From Eremomyces bilateralis CBS 781.70 (taxonomy: Eukaryota), in the NCBI GenBank assembly GCA_010015585.1, contig ML975159.1: a DNA stretch of 64,000 nucleotides, one strand, 5' to 3'. Each line of letters opens with the position of its first letter. Positions within the stretch are counted from its first letter, which is position 1. The translations under genes and the position numbers were made by a program. This document shows, piece after piece, positions 25,265-37,586 of this stretch. Under the pieces are notes generated by a model. It ran no database searches. It had not been told where the DNA came from and was given only the letters and a program-made list of their open reading frames with translations.

Positions 25265-28200
25265 TCACCGCACCGACGACATCCGCTCCATCTTCTTATT
25301 ATCGAACCCGGCGCGCTCCCGCATCCGATACACCTTCTTCCTTAAATGCGCGATCCGCCCCCCCTTAATCCGATGAATGAACCCCAAATTCGACGCGTCG
25401 TCGTCCTCGACGTCGTTCGCGCAGGTATCGGGGAGGAGACGCTGGCGCCACGGCCGTGGCAGGGCGTATGCGCAAACGACGTCGGGGACGCAGCGGATGA
25501 TGGCGCCGACGGGGATGGAGACGAAGCCGATGACGATGGAGATACCCCACTGGGCGGCGGTGATGCGCTCGATCTTGAAGGCCTCGCCGCCGACGAAGAT
25601 GATGAGGATCTGCCCGGCGATCATGACGATGGTGATGGCGATGAACCAGGGGTTTTTGTGGAGGTTTTCGAAGATGTTGAAGTGGTTGTCGAGGCGGCGG
25701 TTGCTGGGGGGTGGGGTTAGTTGTGAGGGGGTGTGGGCGGCAGGGAACTTACTTGATTTCGTTGAAGATCTGCATCCATACGAAGGTGTTGAACACGAGA
25801 GTTTTCAGCTGCTTCATTTCGTACTCGTTGTCCGCATCGTAGCCCAAGATTCCCCTACCGGCGAAATGCAAGATGAGAGTGGCGGTGAGCTGAAAGATGG
25901 CTTGGCCCACGATCATCTTCCACATGTTCAGGGTGATCAGAGGAGCCGACTTCCTGTCCGGTTTCCGATTCAGAATCTTGCGGCTGGGCGGGTCGGTCGC
26001 GAGCGCCAGGGCGGCCAAGGTATCCATGATCAGATTCACCCAAAGAAGTTGAACGGCGGAGAGCACGGATTCTTCCTCCTTACTGGCAACCGCTGAGACA
26101 AACGTAAGAGACACGGCCGTGATATTGACCGTGAGTTGGAACTGTTCCGACATTAGTTCCCGGACGTCAAACGGCACGTCAACGACTCACCTGCAAAAAG
26201 CGCCGCACGGCATCATTGACCGCCCGACCCCACATCAACGCCTTGATAATCGACGCGAAATTGTCGTCCATCAGGATAATCGACGACGCCTCCTTCGCCA
26301 CCTCCGTCCCGGCGATGCCCATCGCGAACCCGACGTCCGACATCTTGAGCGCGGGCGCGTCATTCGTCCCGTCGCCCGTCACCGCGACCGTCTCGTCCAG
26401 CTCCTTCAGCGTCTGCACGAGGATGCGCTTGTCTTCGGGGCTGGAACGCGCGAGCACTTGCAGGTCGGGGACGAGCTTGATCCGCGCGGCTTCGTCGAGC
26501 TTGCGGAAGACGGGGCCTTCCATGACCACGCCGCCAGTCTCTGGGGTGTAGATGCCGCATTCTTTCGCGATGGCTTCGGCGGTGCGGCTGTTGTCTCCGG
26601 TGACCATGCGGATGACGACGCCGGCATGTTGCGCATCTTTGACGGCCTGCTTGACGGCGGGACGGAGGGGATCCTTGATACCGACGACGCCGACGAAGGT
26701 CATTTCTTCGAAGACCTGGGTAAAGTCCGCTTGCGTGGGATCATCGGCCGCGGCGGCACCTGCCGGCGGCCATTGCTCGAAATCCTTGAACAGAAGCGCG
26801 ATGGTGCGAAGCGAATGCGATGCATATTCGGAGATCACGTAGTCCAGCCCCTCGGCGACGGCGCCGGTCAATTCCATGGTGGAAATGTCCGCTCCCGGAT
26901 TGGCGAGGATGCGAGTGCACTTCTGGAGTAGGATCTCCGAGGCGCCCTTTACGTAGACGCGAAACTGGCCACTGGAGAGCTTGACGACGGCGGCCATGTA
27001 CTTGTTGCCGGAATCGAACGGGATGACCTGGGCAATGGTGGCGTTGTCGCGTTCGATATGGACCGGGCCCATACCCATCCGATCGCGAGCGAAGGTCAGA
27101 AGGGCCGTCTCGGTCTTGGAACCGATGAATTCCGAGCCGTCTTCGGATTCGAATGCGGTCGAGTTGATGGCGATGGATTGGAGGATGAGGTCCTTGGTCG
27201 GCTCGGATAAATTGGTGACGAAATCAGTCGGTGACACCTCGCTTGCTTTCTCGTCCTCTGCAGAGACGGATCGTTCGGTCTCGCCATCCAATGCCGTGGA
27301 CGTCGCCGTACCGGTCGTCACTCCGAGCTGTGTGCTCTGTCCAACAGTGGCGGCAACCATCGTCATCTTGTTCTCAGTGAGGGTACCTGTCTTATCCGTG
27401 CAGACGGTGGTCGCGTTGCCCATCGTTTCGCACGCTCGCAACACTCGGACCAAGTTGTTGTCTTTCAGCATTCTCGTCGTCGCGAACGCGAGAGCCAGGG
27501 TTACTGCCAGCGGCAACCCTTCCGGAACGGCCACGACTACCACCGTCACGGCTACGATGAAGATCTGCAGGAAATTCTGACCCTTCTGCGCGGGGGTCGC
27601 TCCGGATCCCTTCAGCTGCACGAGGAATTTGATGAATAGAACGATGAACAATAAGAGGGCCGCAAGACCTCCAAGCTTCGCAATGTTATCTGCCAAGACG
27701 TTCAGTTTCCGTTGAAGGGGAGTAGCTTCGACATCTTCCTGAAGCGACATCATGGTACGGCCATATGTCGAATTGACTCCGACTGCAGTGGCAAGGTAAT
27801 GGCCGGTGCCTTCAGCGATCTTGCTGCCAGAGAGAATGAAGGGGTCCAGTTTATGTAGGTCGGCGTCACCATCTCCTCTCAAGACATCCATGACACGATC
27901 CGCCGCCTGCTTCTTCAGCAGATCCGATTCGCCGGTCGCCGAGGATTCGTCGCATTTAACGTTGTTCGAGCTGATGATGATTCCATCGACTGGGATGACT
28001 TCGCCCGGTTCGATCAGCATGACATCTCCCACGAGGATATCATACACCGAGATCTCCATGGTCCGTCCAGATCGGATGCATTTGGCTTTCCGATCATCTT
28101 TCTTCCGGTTCAGCTTGATGAACTGGCGCTCCTTCTGATAGTCGTTTAGAGTTCCGACGACGACCACGATCAATATCGCAACAATAATCGCAACCCCCTC

Positions 28201-28989
28201 GACCCACTCGACCTTCGCTTCGCCTGGCTCATGTTCCTGACCGAACGTCTGGTAGAGCCCGAGAGCCAAGGAGATGATCGCCGCGACTGTCAGGAGGATC
28301 AACACCTTGTCGTTATATGCGATCCATGCCAGCTCCCAGATCGATTTCGCCTTCTTCGCCGGCAATCGATTGTCATTGAACACCCTCTTTCGATCGACGA
28401 ACGCATCACTCTCCGACGTGGTGGATGTGGTAGGTGTGGTGGGTGTCTTCGTGGCAGCACCGTTTGAAGCCGTGCCGGTCGCATCGTAGAAAGATACTCC
28501 GCCTTCGAGTACCGTTTCGTCGATACTGAGACCGGAGGTGCGATTCGTTCGCAGACCTCGTTCGAAGCCCCCAAGTCCTCCAAGTGCATAGAAGGCGCCC
28601 AAGCTCTTCGGGTTCAGCAACTTCCCCAGCTGTCCCGGAGTGAAAGCGAATGGGTTGTTTTCTACCTCGAAGAGGTGTTCGGAGCCGGGATCGGGGGAGA
28701 GGGCTTCAGAGTCTTCGGTGACGCCTTTGATGGTCAATTCTGGGGCCTTCCCGTGAATAGCGGATACGGGTTCCTAGTGATCCTCCGGATTAGTATAAGA
28801 ACCGTACCAGTCGCTCCGAGGCCAGATTTAACCTTCTGAACATGATGAAGGCAGCAAATCTAGCATGTTCTGGATTCTTGTTTGATGGTTTCATGAAGCC
28901 CGACTTACTAAGTTCTGGAAGGTGCCTTGCTTCTCCGTCACCCCAGGATCTGACCCATTGCCTGCTTCAAGGTCTTTTGGAGTTGCCAT
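25265..28989 (-). CDS. PMC1: P-type IIB Ca2+-transporting ATPase (vacuolar PMC1/PMCA-like)
   Basis: DESSATGES, VPEGLPLAVT, phosphorylation site DKTGTLT, KGASE, MVTGDN, GDGTNDAPAL, QLLWVNLIMDT. Introns near 28908-28774, 26189-26146 and 25751-25704; start inferred at ATG 28989 (MATPKDLEAG). May be a paralog rather than the strict ortholog. Confidence 0.92.
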
Positions 28990-30767
28990 GTTGACGAAGT
29001 GATTGCAATTGGAATTCTGGAAGGCAGGTTCAAATCATGCAGGCGGTCTTTAATGAATGGACTTCACACTTCACAGATGGGCGGAGTGAATCAGCCCAAG
29101 GCGCGGATTGGGGCCTCAAAGCTTCCGTATGAATTGATTGCGCGGCTGTGCAAACGCGCGACAAACGAAATTGAGAGAATTGATGGGAGCCTTCAGTAAT
29201 CCACGAAAGAAAGCAAACACAGCCACGTCAATGAAGCTGAGCTACCTAGTGAAGCTACTGGTAAAGCCACCCGCAGTCAGCGATTCTTACATGTAAGCGG
29301 TGACGGGTGCGAGTAAGTGCATTGTTCACGAAAGCGCCCAAAAACCACGTCACATCATAATCACGAGGTCTCGAGGTCTGCAACGCAGCATCGTCATTTC
29401 ATTTCATGCGCGACCACTCACCAGTCACCACTGACACTTCATTAGGCTGGCATGGGCAGCACAAGGCCCAAGCCGAGAGTACGAGAGCGAGAGTGAAACT
29501 TGGTGAGAAATGTTTCATTTTCCGGATTTGTTGGCACCTGCCGCACCCTATGGGTGGATACTGGATGCATGTGACTTTGCATCGGCAGAACCAATGGGTT
29601 GGGGACTTGGGGTGGTGAGTCTAGGGGTGTCCTCGTATTCTATTGGACAATTCCGTGCCTTGGTGATGCTGAATTGCAGGAGATTTGCCACAACATAAAC
29701 ATTCCATCATCAGAAGAGAATAAGCCCAAGAGAATCACACTCTGCTTGCCTATGCATCCATTATCATGACCATCGGTCTGCATTCTGCAACCCCACGACA
29801 AGCGCCGCAACCGTTGGAATTGGGACCGGATCAGGATATCCAAGGCGGATTTGGACCTCCATCTGAGCTTCATTCCATCCTAGTTGCGGGATTTCTTTCA
29901 TGGTGAGGAACTTCAATCTTCGGGTTCGCAGCCAGGATAGTCCAGACTGTCAAGACAAGCGTTTTAATATCGCGCATTTCCACCGGCAGCAGCAAGTAAG
30001 AGGAAGCCACTGTTGCACGTGGGTGTTGAGAATCTTGATATGTATTATCCCTTTACTCGGTCTGTTGTGGTTGCCCGTTTCAGTTTGAAGGCTGTGCTGA
30101 TTACTGTTGGGAGCCTGGGGGAAAGACTAAAGAGCATCTAAAGAAGTCAGGATCAACAGGGGTCACCCTCCTACAATTGTGATTGGCTGGACCCTTCACC
30201 GAGAAACCACTTGGCATCGATCCCGACGCCTTTTCACTTTTTCATCCAGCAGAGACGCGATCTCCTCACGATATCCCGAATATTATTCCCTCATGTGAAT
30301 GGTGAACCCCCAACCTTCACGAACGCCGGTTCGAAGATAAGATCATGTTCTTCATTCCGGCAATATCACTGGTTTATCACCATCTATACCATTGTATGGA
30401 TATGATACGGTCGGTCCTAAAAATGCCATCCAACATACCACCGTGATAGACTATGCGATTGACTCCAGCTAGCTATAGGACGTCCTTTCCTCCGCTGTGT
30501 GTTATCGGTAAGCGTTCAGTCGGACTACCCCTCGCTCTATCTCTCACTATATTAATCTCTCAGTAAGGCTTCGGGCAAGCTTAAATATCCCCCAAGGGAA
30601 AAGCAGTGAATATCAATCATGAATTCTTATTTCCTACTTCTCGTCTCCTAGCTCCGTGGTTCCTAGGTCTTCACTCCTCCTATCCGACTTTCTGATGCTC
30701 ATCATGGGCTATTCGTCTTGATCACTCTACTAGACTCAGTCATCCATCGTAAACTCTCACCCGTCCA

Positions 30768-32781
30768 TTGCCTCACTTCACCCTGGATAACGCAAAGGAC
30801 GAAAAGAAGGTTCACTCGGGAGAGGAGCCAGTCCATGCCTCGTCAACCGACAATCACCAGAAGGGGCCTGGATGCTTCGGTGTCATCCTCGAGACCTACA
30901 GGTCTTTCTCCCCTCTTGAGAAGCGGAACATTATCATCTACGTGGTCGGCATCATGCTGTACAAGGTAACAAACCCCTCCTTGGCCTCCATCGGTCCCTT
31001 TGCTATCAATATGCGAATAGCCCCCTGAGGTGCCGTCGGCTATTTGATCCTAGCTTCATGTGACTCTGTTGTATAGCTTTAGAGGTACACGGTTACTAAA
31101 ACCCTTCAACTCTTTGAAATCCCTTATTCAATGCTATGCACACGCTATCTCAACCCCACCATTATCACTTTCGCAACCAATTTAACTGACCTCTCACAGT
31201 TCGGTCTCGAGGCTTTCAACGGATCCATCGTCGCCCTTGCCACCAACCGCTACGACTACGAGGCCTTTCTCAACAAGACTCCCTCCAGGACCTTCGCCCG
31301 AGTTGGCCTCCTGACCGGCCTGAATCAAGCATTCCAGTGCGTTGGATCCATCCTGATCGCGCCGCTGGTCAAGCATTTCCGCACCAAGAATGTCCTCCTT
31401 TCCGCCGTCATGATCTTCGGTCTCTTCACTGCAGTTCTGTTGATCGTTGATGCCGCCACGGGTGGTTCCTTTGCCCCACCGGCGTATCGGAAGAAGCACC
31501 CCAAAAACGACTTCAGCTACTATGGCGACTACGCCAATGATGGGATCATCCCAATCTATACCTTCGCCGGGGTCGCCTACGGTATGGTGGAGTTGATCCG
31601 TCGCGTCATCCCCCGCGACATCGTCGGCGGCGACGTCCGCAAACTGCGCCTCATGGATGCGTTTGTCCACATTCTCTACGAGGTTGCCGGAACGTCGGGG
31701 GCTTTCTGCACCGCGTTGGGGCTCATCCCGCGGTTCGGCAACAACTACTCCTTCTTGATCACGCCCATCTGCTTCGCGTTTGCCGCGGTGGCGTGGTTCT
31801 TCATCCGGGAAGAAAAGCGGGCCGCCCAGATCGAAGGCGCGCTGGGGGATCAGCCACCGTTCCTCAAAGCCGTGCTGGTTGGCTTCTGGCTCTTCATCGA
31901 GTCTGTCTGGACCGGGGGGAAGATTCTCTTCACATCACGCAAGTTCGTTTGGTTGGTTCCGGGATACGCCGTGGCGTTGTATATGCACCGATACCTCGAA
32001 AACGGCCTCGCGCCCGCCATTGCGCGTCGCTACCTGGGGAACTCGGCGTGGAGTCAGATCGCCGTGGGCGGTAGCAACTTCGGAGAGCTGTTGGGGGCTG
32101 TGTCGGTGATTCTCTTCGCCGGTTCCATCCCAACCCCGATGCCATTCCTGCGTCTGGATTCCCTCCTGCTTCTGATTGTCTGGTATTTAGGTTACTGGTG
32201 AGTCTCGTCTACCATCACAAACCAACCCCAACTTGGGTGCTAACCGGCACAGGTATCCTCCGAGCGGCGAGATGAACCAGGCTTGGATCATGGCAGCAAC
32301 CTTCATCCCTATCTCATTCGGCTGGGCCGCAGGTGATGTCTCCCTTGCGGCATATATCCAATCTTCGCTCGCTCGTGTGGAATCGCGCACAACCAACGTA
32401 TCCGCCTTGGGTGCTGTCATGGCCTTCCTATACAGCTTCTACATCGGTTCGTCAAGCGCAACGCGGGGTTGACGGGTTGCTAATGGTCGAACAGTCACAT
32501 ACGCGATCTGCTCGCCGCTGCTTGGAAAGTACATCGATTCGGTTAGCAATAAGAACAATGGCGACATTCACCAGGCGGTCCGTATGGTCGGTGGAGTCCA
32601 CTTTACGGTGGCTTGTGTGCTTGTACTCTGTTCCACTTTCGTTCCAAAGGGTGCTTTGAGTTTGAACCCTCCTCTTCTAAGTGATGGGCACTTGGACGAG
32701 AAGCCCATCGTGGATGGGGCCGTGAAAGAAGAGGCCAGGAAAGAAGGGGCCGTGGAAGAAGCCATTGCATCGATAAAATAG
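30768..32781 (+). CDS. MFS-like multi-pass membrane transporter (start uncertain)
   Basis: Exons EKRNIIIYVVGIMLYK / FGLEAFNGS..LNQAFQCVGSILIAPL..GMVELIRRVIPRDIVGG..GGSNFGELLGA / FGWAAGDVSLAAYIQS / VTYAICSPLLGKYID joined by GT-AG introns (30966-31199, 32198-32252, 32447-32514). Many hydrophobic helices. No in-frame ATG at the apparent N-terminus. Confidence 0.82.
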
Positions 32782-32873
32782 AGCACAAGGAATTAAGCGC
32801 GCTGGAGGCTCATGCTAGAAAATTCTCTCTAATCGTACAGATGAAGATAGTAGGTATACACACCCTAATGACG

Positions 32874-33875
32874 CTACCGCATTTCGAATTGACTGTCTTT
32901 CTCCAGCCACGTCCTGAAATCCTTCAGCTCCGGATGCTCCTTTCTCAGCGCCGCGATATCCGCCTTAAACCCATGATCATAAAACCACCTCATCATCAGC
33001 CTAAAATCCTTCGCCATCCACATAATAAACCAACTAACAAACCCATACGTCCTCGGCAGCTCCTTCCCCGTCTTCGTCTTAAACACCTCCTCCACCTGCT
33101 TCAACGTCACCTCATCCCCCGCCAACGACACCGCCTTCCCCGCCCACTGCTCCGGCGCCACGAACGCCTTCGCCGCGAACACCCCGATATCCTTCAACCC
33201 GACCATCTGCAGCGGCCGATCCCTCACCTCCTGCGCCCACGCGGTCACGAACACGCGCCCGAAGAATGTCGGGAGGAAATTCTCCATGTACGCTGTCGGG
33301 CGAAGGATCGTCCAGGCCATCCCGCTCGCGCCGTCTTTGGTAGCGGCGAAGAGGTGCTCCTCGACGCGGTGCTTGGCGATGAAGTGCGGGACGTTGGTAG
33401 GGTTGGTGAGGGAGGCGGGTTTGGTGAGGGAGGTGGCGCCGCCACGGTCGACGGAGGCATAGACGAAGTACTGCACGCCGGATTGGATGGCGTGGTCGAT
33501 GAGGGCTTTGCCTTGGCGTTCTTCGGTGCCGGATTTGACGCCGATGGCGAGCTGGTGGGACATCAGTCGTGTTCTGAATAATACTGCGAGGATCTCGCCC
33601 CGACGCCGGAGATCTCATACCTGAACGCTGAACACTCCCCAGATCGGCCGCGATGTCGCCTTCTTCGCGCTCTGGAATACGGCGGCCACGTCGTCGAGAT
33701 TCCCCTGGACGAGTTTGATTGACGGAGATTTTTGGGCGAGTTTCGTCGCGGAGGGGGAGGCGGTGTCTCTGGTGACGGCGAGTATCTCGAAGTCGGCTTT
33801 GGTTGCAAGGAGGGCGTCGATGACGGCGCCGCCTTGTTGGCCGGTAGCTCCGGTGATGAGGATAGCGTTTGTCAT
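32874..33875 (-). CDS. NmrA-like NAD(P)-binding (atypical SDR) protein
   Basis: ILITGATGQQGGAV Rossmann motif, VYASVDRGG, PHFIAKHRVE, WTILRPTAYMEN. One intron 33620-33552; TATA-like TATATATA about 95 nt upstream. Confidence 0.92.
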
Positions 33876-34808
33876 TTTTTGTTAGGTTATGAACTTAATT
33901 TGGGGGTTTGACTTATGGTCTTGACGACTGAACTGAGAACTGTGGACTAAATGTTCTAATTCCTTACCTTATATATATACTCTCGATTCATTGTCGATCG
34001 AGGGGTCCACGAGCCAGGGATGGTCAAGAGCACCAGTCACATATCTCCAGTGCATATCGATTTGTCAGACGGCTCAACTGTAATCCAACTTCAACTGGTC
34101 CACTCTAAGCGAATGTGGCTGAAAATCTTCGCAAGTTGAGGGCGGCTGTGATTTTCCTCGATTAATATTCGTCCTGAACCATAACATGTTGGATGAGGGG
34201 TCGACAAACGAGGTTAGACGGGGACGCCACCGATCCGCTAGCCAGGGGGAGGACCATCTCGGCCAAAATAGAACGCGAACACCGAAGTTCCATGAGGCTT
34301 TGAAATGCACCCTGGTTGATTATGTTATGCAACACACCTTCGAAAGGAGAATTTCATAGACATTGGTCTTTCCAATCATATTATGGAATAACAATATCTG
34401 TGAAGGTTGTGAAGACCGTGAAGGCCGAGGAGGCAACTTGTCGTCCGTCCTTGGGGGCGGAAACGGGCAGGTTTGTTGTTTGGTCCCCGAACTTCTCGAT
34501 GTGAATACCAATCCATCTCTTTCTTCCTGTGTTAGGTGGGTATGCCAAGGCGGAGTGTTGGGCAGTCTTTCAATCAAGCTCTTTGTCAAAGGATACGATG
34601 TCCTTGTTTGCTGCTACCTTGGTGACCACAGGTCCCTGACCGATGGTCAAACTCCCTGCAATATGATGAAATTGTAGTATTCATCTGCTCACTCCATCCG
34701 TCTACTTTTAGACGGTAGTGGGTATCCTGCGGTGTATGTATGCCCCATAAAACACAATGTCTGAACTCCTTGAACTGTCGAAGCAATTGACACCCATGGT
34801 CCACCGCG

Positions 34809-36959
34809 TCATTTCCGAGACTTTATGATGACGAATATTCCCACCTCGATGCTATCCAACGGTTCTCCCTTTTCATCCCCGTACGGGTTATTCACCACCC
34901 CGTTAATGATCTTCTCCACGATCTCCGCCGACGTTCGCGTGTTCGGCGTCCGCGAGGACGTCGCCGCGACCGACGAGGACAACGCCACGGTGCCGCTGCT
35001 CTCCGACCGAAGATGATGCTCGCGGAAATATTTCTGCACCATCTCACGGATGCGCGGTTTCTCCTGGCCCGCCCACCATCGACCCGCCCACAGCGATCGA
35101 TCCGGGCACACTTCGGTGAACCCGGTGTATGCCATCTCGTACGTCGAGTCGCCTTCTTTGCTCAATGCGGCGCACATCCCGGACATCCAGAAGCGAGAGT
35201 CTTGGTAGCAAAGCATGCGTTCGCCGCAGTCCATGTCCCCGATGGATTCAGCGAGGTCCGCGGTGAAGCTATTCAGAACGGTCAAGGATCGTAAAAGTGG
35301 GTCTAAAAGAGGTTTCAGATATCGATTCATGAAGGTGGTGGCACCATCTCTAGTCGGATATATAAGGACGAGGACCCCACTATCGTTTGACAACTCTGCT
35401 AGGCGGTCGCAGATAATCGATCGTCCGTCAGGGTCAAACATGTCTTGGTATTCGGCCCGACTCGATGGTGGGATATATCGTTCGATCAGGGCGACGTTGA
35501 CCGTACCCGGTTGTACGATCGGCTGCGGCCCTCTTGCTTGAGCTGTTAAGGCCGCCGGCTGATTTGAATTCCCGGATGCAGAGCGTCTAGCTGACACCCG
35601 ACCTGGAGCAATGGTGGTGTTGGCTTGCAAGTCCGTCACCGTAACGGCGGAATTGAACACCCGTGTGGCGAAATAGTCATCTCCACCAATAGCGGGCCCA
35701 GGGGTCGCAGGTGGCCCCGGTGGCAGGTCAGCGATGCGAAATTGACCGTGAACGGCATGAAACACGTTGATCCATCGGATCTCCTTGCCATGTAGCACTG
35801 AAACGAGCGCATTCAACACGGCGGGGAAAGAATGACCTGTTTTGTCTGGAGAAGGCAGCGCGTGCGAGAGTACCTGAACGGACGAGAGGGGAGATTCAGA
35901 CCGCTTTCTGAGACATTGAACTACCACAAATACATCTATTAGCGTCTTGGACTTATGACACCGCAGTATACACACCAGAGTAGACCGATACTGTGGATTC
36001 GACTTACGGATGAGCTGGAGTGGTTCCTCAAGATATGCTGGGACATTATCCGTTTCGATCTGTGGCGCTTCGACTGGTGGTTCAGACCGTGGCTCTGCGG
36101 GAGTGGATCGGATCGCCATTGTTGAAGGAGATATCTGTCGAGCTGGAGAAACACCTCTAGAGGTTTCCGGTGAGTCAATAAAAGTTTCTGGTACAACTCC
36201 GCTTTGTGGAACATGGTCATTCGCTATGCTCTCTTTCAGTGGAGTAGACTGTGAAAGTAACTGGACGTTGTCGCGTGATGGGGAGTGAGAATCAGGATGA
36301 AGAAGGGGGAGAGTTCTTTCGCGCTCGTGAGTCTCGACTGACTGATCAATGAATGGAAGTTCACTCTGCACCAAAGTCGTGTTGTCGTCGTTGCTAAAGG
36401 TGCAGGGTCCGACCGCTCTATCATCACCTTCGTGTATAGGGCCTGCAAGATTGGACAAAGAACTGGAGCTTAGGGTCGGAACATTCTTCCCTAGGCTTCT
36501 TAATGATAGGGAATCAAGTTGTGGAGCTGCAATGCCCAAAATTTCAAAGGAAGGAGGCTGTGGTCTGTGGCAGGGTCTTAACAGGTTCTTCAGATTGTCT
36601 GAAGCATCTTGCGACGGTATCGAGGGTACTCCTACTAATAGAGGGTCCAGATCGACATCTTGCCTTTCCTTCTCATCATCAGGTGTAGAAAGGGTCGAGT
36701 GTAGCACTCCATGAAGATCCGGAGTGGGTATCGAGGGCTCTGGGAGCGGGTTTTGGAGAGGTTGATAGGGATGCGTAAGGTTTGGTGTGGCCGCATCTTC
36801 GGGTGTGGCGAAGCTAAGCACTTCGTTCGCAGGCGAAGGAAAGTCCAGTACACTTAGGTGGTCGACCCCAAATAGAGATTCTTCTTTGCTCGAGCGATCA
36901 TCCTGATCGTAAGCAAAGGCATTTAAATCAACAGCATCAGCCCCAAGCGTACGACTCAT
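34809..36959 (-). CDS. Fungal hypothetical protein (disordered N-half, ordered C-terminal domain)
   Basis: First ATG at 36959 (MSRTLGADAV). C-half is protein-like (WINVFHAV, GGDDYFATRVFNSAV, ERYIPPSSRAEY, LIYPT, WWAGQEKPRIRE, IEVGIFVIIK). Probable in-frame intron 36007-35921. Confidence 0.8.
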   Translation of the reverse strand: MSRTLGADAVDLNAFAYDQDDRSSKEESLFGVDHLSVLDFPSPANEVLSFATPEDAATPNLTHPYQPLQNPLPEPSIPTPDLHGVLHSTLSTPDDEKERQDVDLDPLLVGVPSIPSQDASDNLKNLLRPCHRPQPPSFEILGIAAPQLDSLSLRSLGKNVPTLSSSSLSNLAGPIHEGDDRAVGPCTFSNDDNTTLVQSELPFIDQSVETHERERTLPLLHPDSHSPSRDNVQLLSQSTPLKESIANDHVPQSGVVPETFIDSPETSRGVSPARQISPSTMAIRSTPAEPRSEPPVEAPQIETDNVPAYLEEPLQLIRKSNPQYRSTLVCILRCHKSKTLIDVFVVVQCLRKRSESPLSSVQVLSHALPSPDKTGHSFPAVLNALVSVLHGKEIRWINVFHAVHGQFRIADLPPGPPATPGPAIGGDDYFATRVFNSAVTVTDLQANTTIAPGRVSARRSASGNSNQPAALTAQARGPQPIVQPGTVNVALIERYIPPSSRAEYQDMFDPDGRSIICDRLAELSNDSGVLVLIYPTRDGATTFMNRYLKPLLDPLLRSLTVLNSFTADLAESIGDMDCGERMLCYQDSRFWMSGMCAALSKEGDSTYEMAYTGFTEVCPDRSLWAGRWWAGQEKPRIREMVQKYFREHHLRSESSGTVALSSSVAATSSRTPNTRTSAEIVEKIINGVVNNPYGDEKGEPLDSIEVGIFVIIKSRK

Positions 36960-37554
36960 CGTCGCGAAGCACGAACCGGAATGCCGAGAATGGAGCCTGA
37001 GTCCGGGACGGAATCGGCCTGACTGGTCGAAGCGATGAAATCCAGTCCACGCCGGTAGAATTGCCAGAGGGATAGAGCATGGGGATGGGGTCACCGGCGT
37101 GTCGCCGCAACAACGCGTTTGTTCCGAGTGGCAAGCCGGAGTATGGAACAGCACAGTAGATAAAAAATCCGACGAGCGTGAGATATAGATGCTGTTCGCT
37201 GTACAACGGCACCCAATCCAAGGCAGACAGATCTCCCAGGACACAGGAGCTAAGATGACACGACAGGAGCGAGCGGATACGCGGGGTGCTAGCCGGTGGC
37301 TTATACTGTTCGTCTTTGGAGATATTTGAGTGATAATAATAGGGACTTGGACCTTGCAGCAGCGCGTGAAAAGAAGGGTGTATACAATTCCTTGGTGTGT
37401 GGAGGTACTGCAGGAAACAGAATAGTGTGCATGCTTTTTGGACGAGGACGACGGCAGCTTCTTCCCTTCGGTATTCCCAACGATAAAATCAAGAATAATG
37501 CAGGACAACAGAAGGAAGACCAGCAACACACCATGAAAGAAGCCCTATTAACGC

Positions 37555-37586
37555 CAGCAAATGAGCAAATGAGCAAATGAGCAAAT
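37555..37586. repeat. Short tandem repeat (AGCAAATG)x~4
   Basis: Direct reading: cagcaaatgagcaaatgagcaaatgagcaaat. Confidence 0.7.

Noticed and set aside
25346..28589. Plus-strand ORFs of 100-270 aa over the Ca2+-ATPase
   Set aside because: Antisense shadows caused by high GC3.
17336..33875. Secondary-metabolite cluster (P450, MFS, NmrA)
   Set aside because: No PKS, NRPS, terpene synthase or pathway transcription factor in the window, and the genes are separated by unrelated loci.
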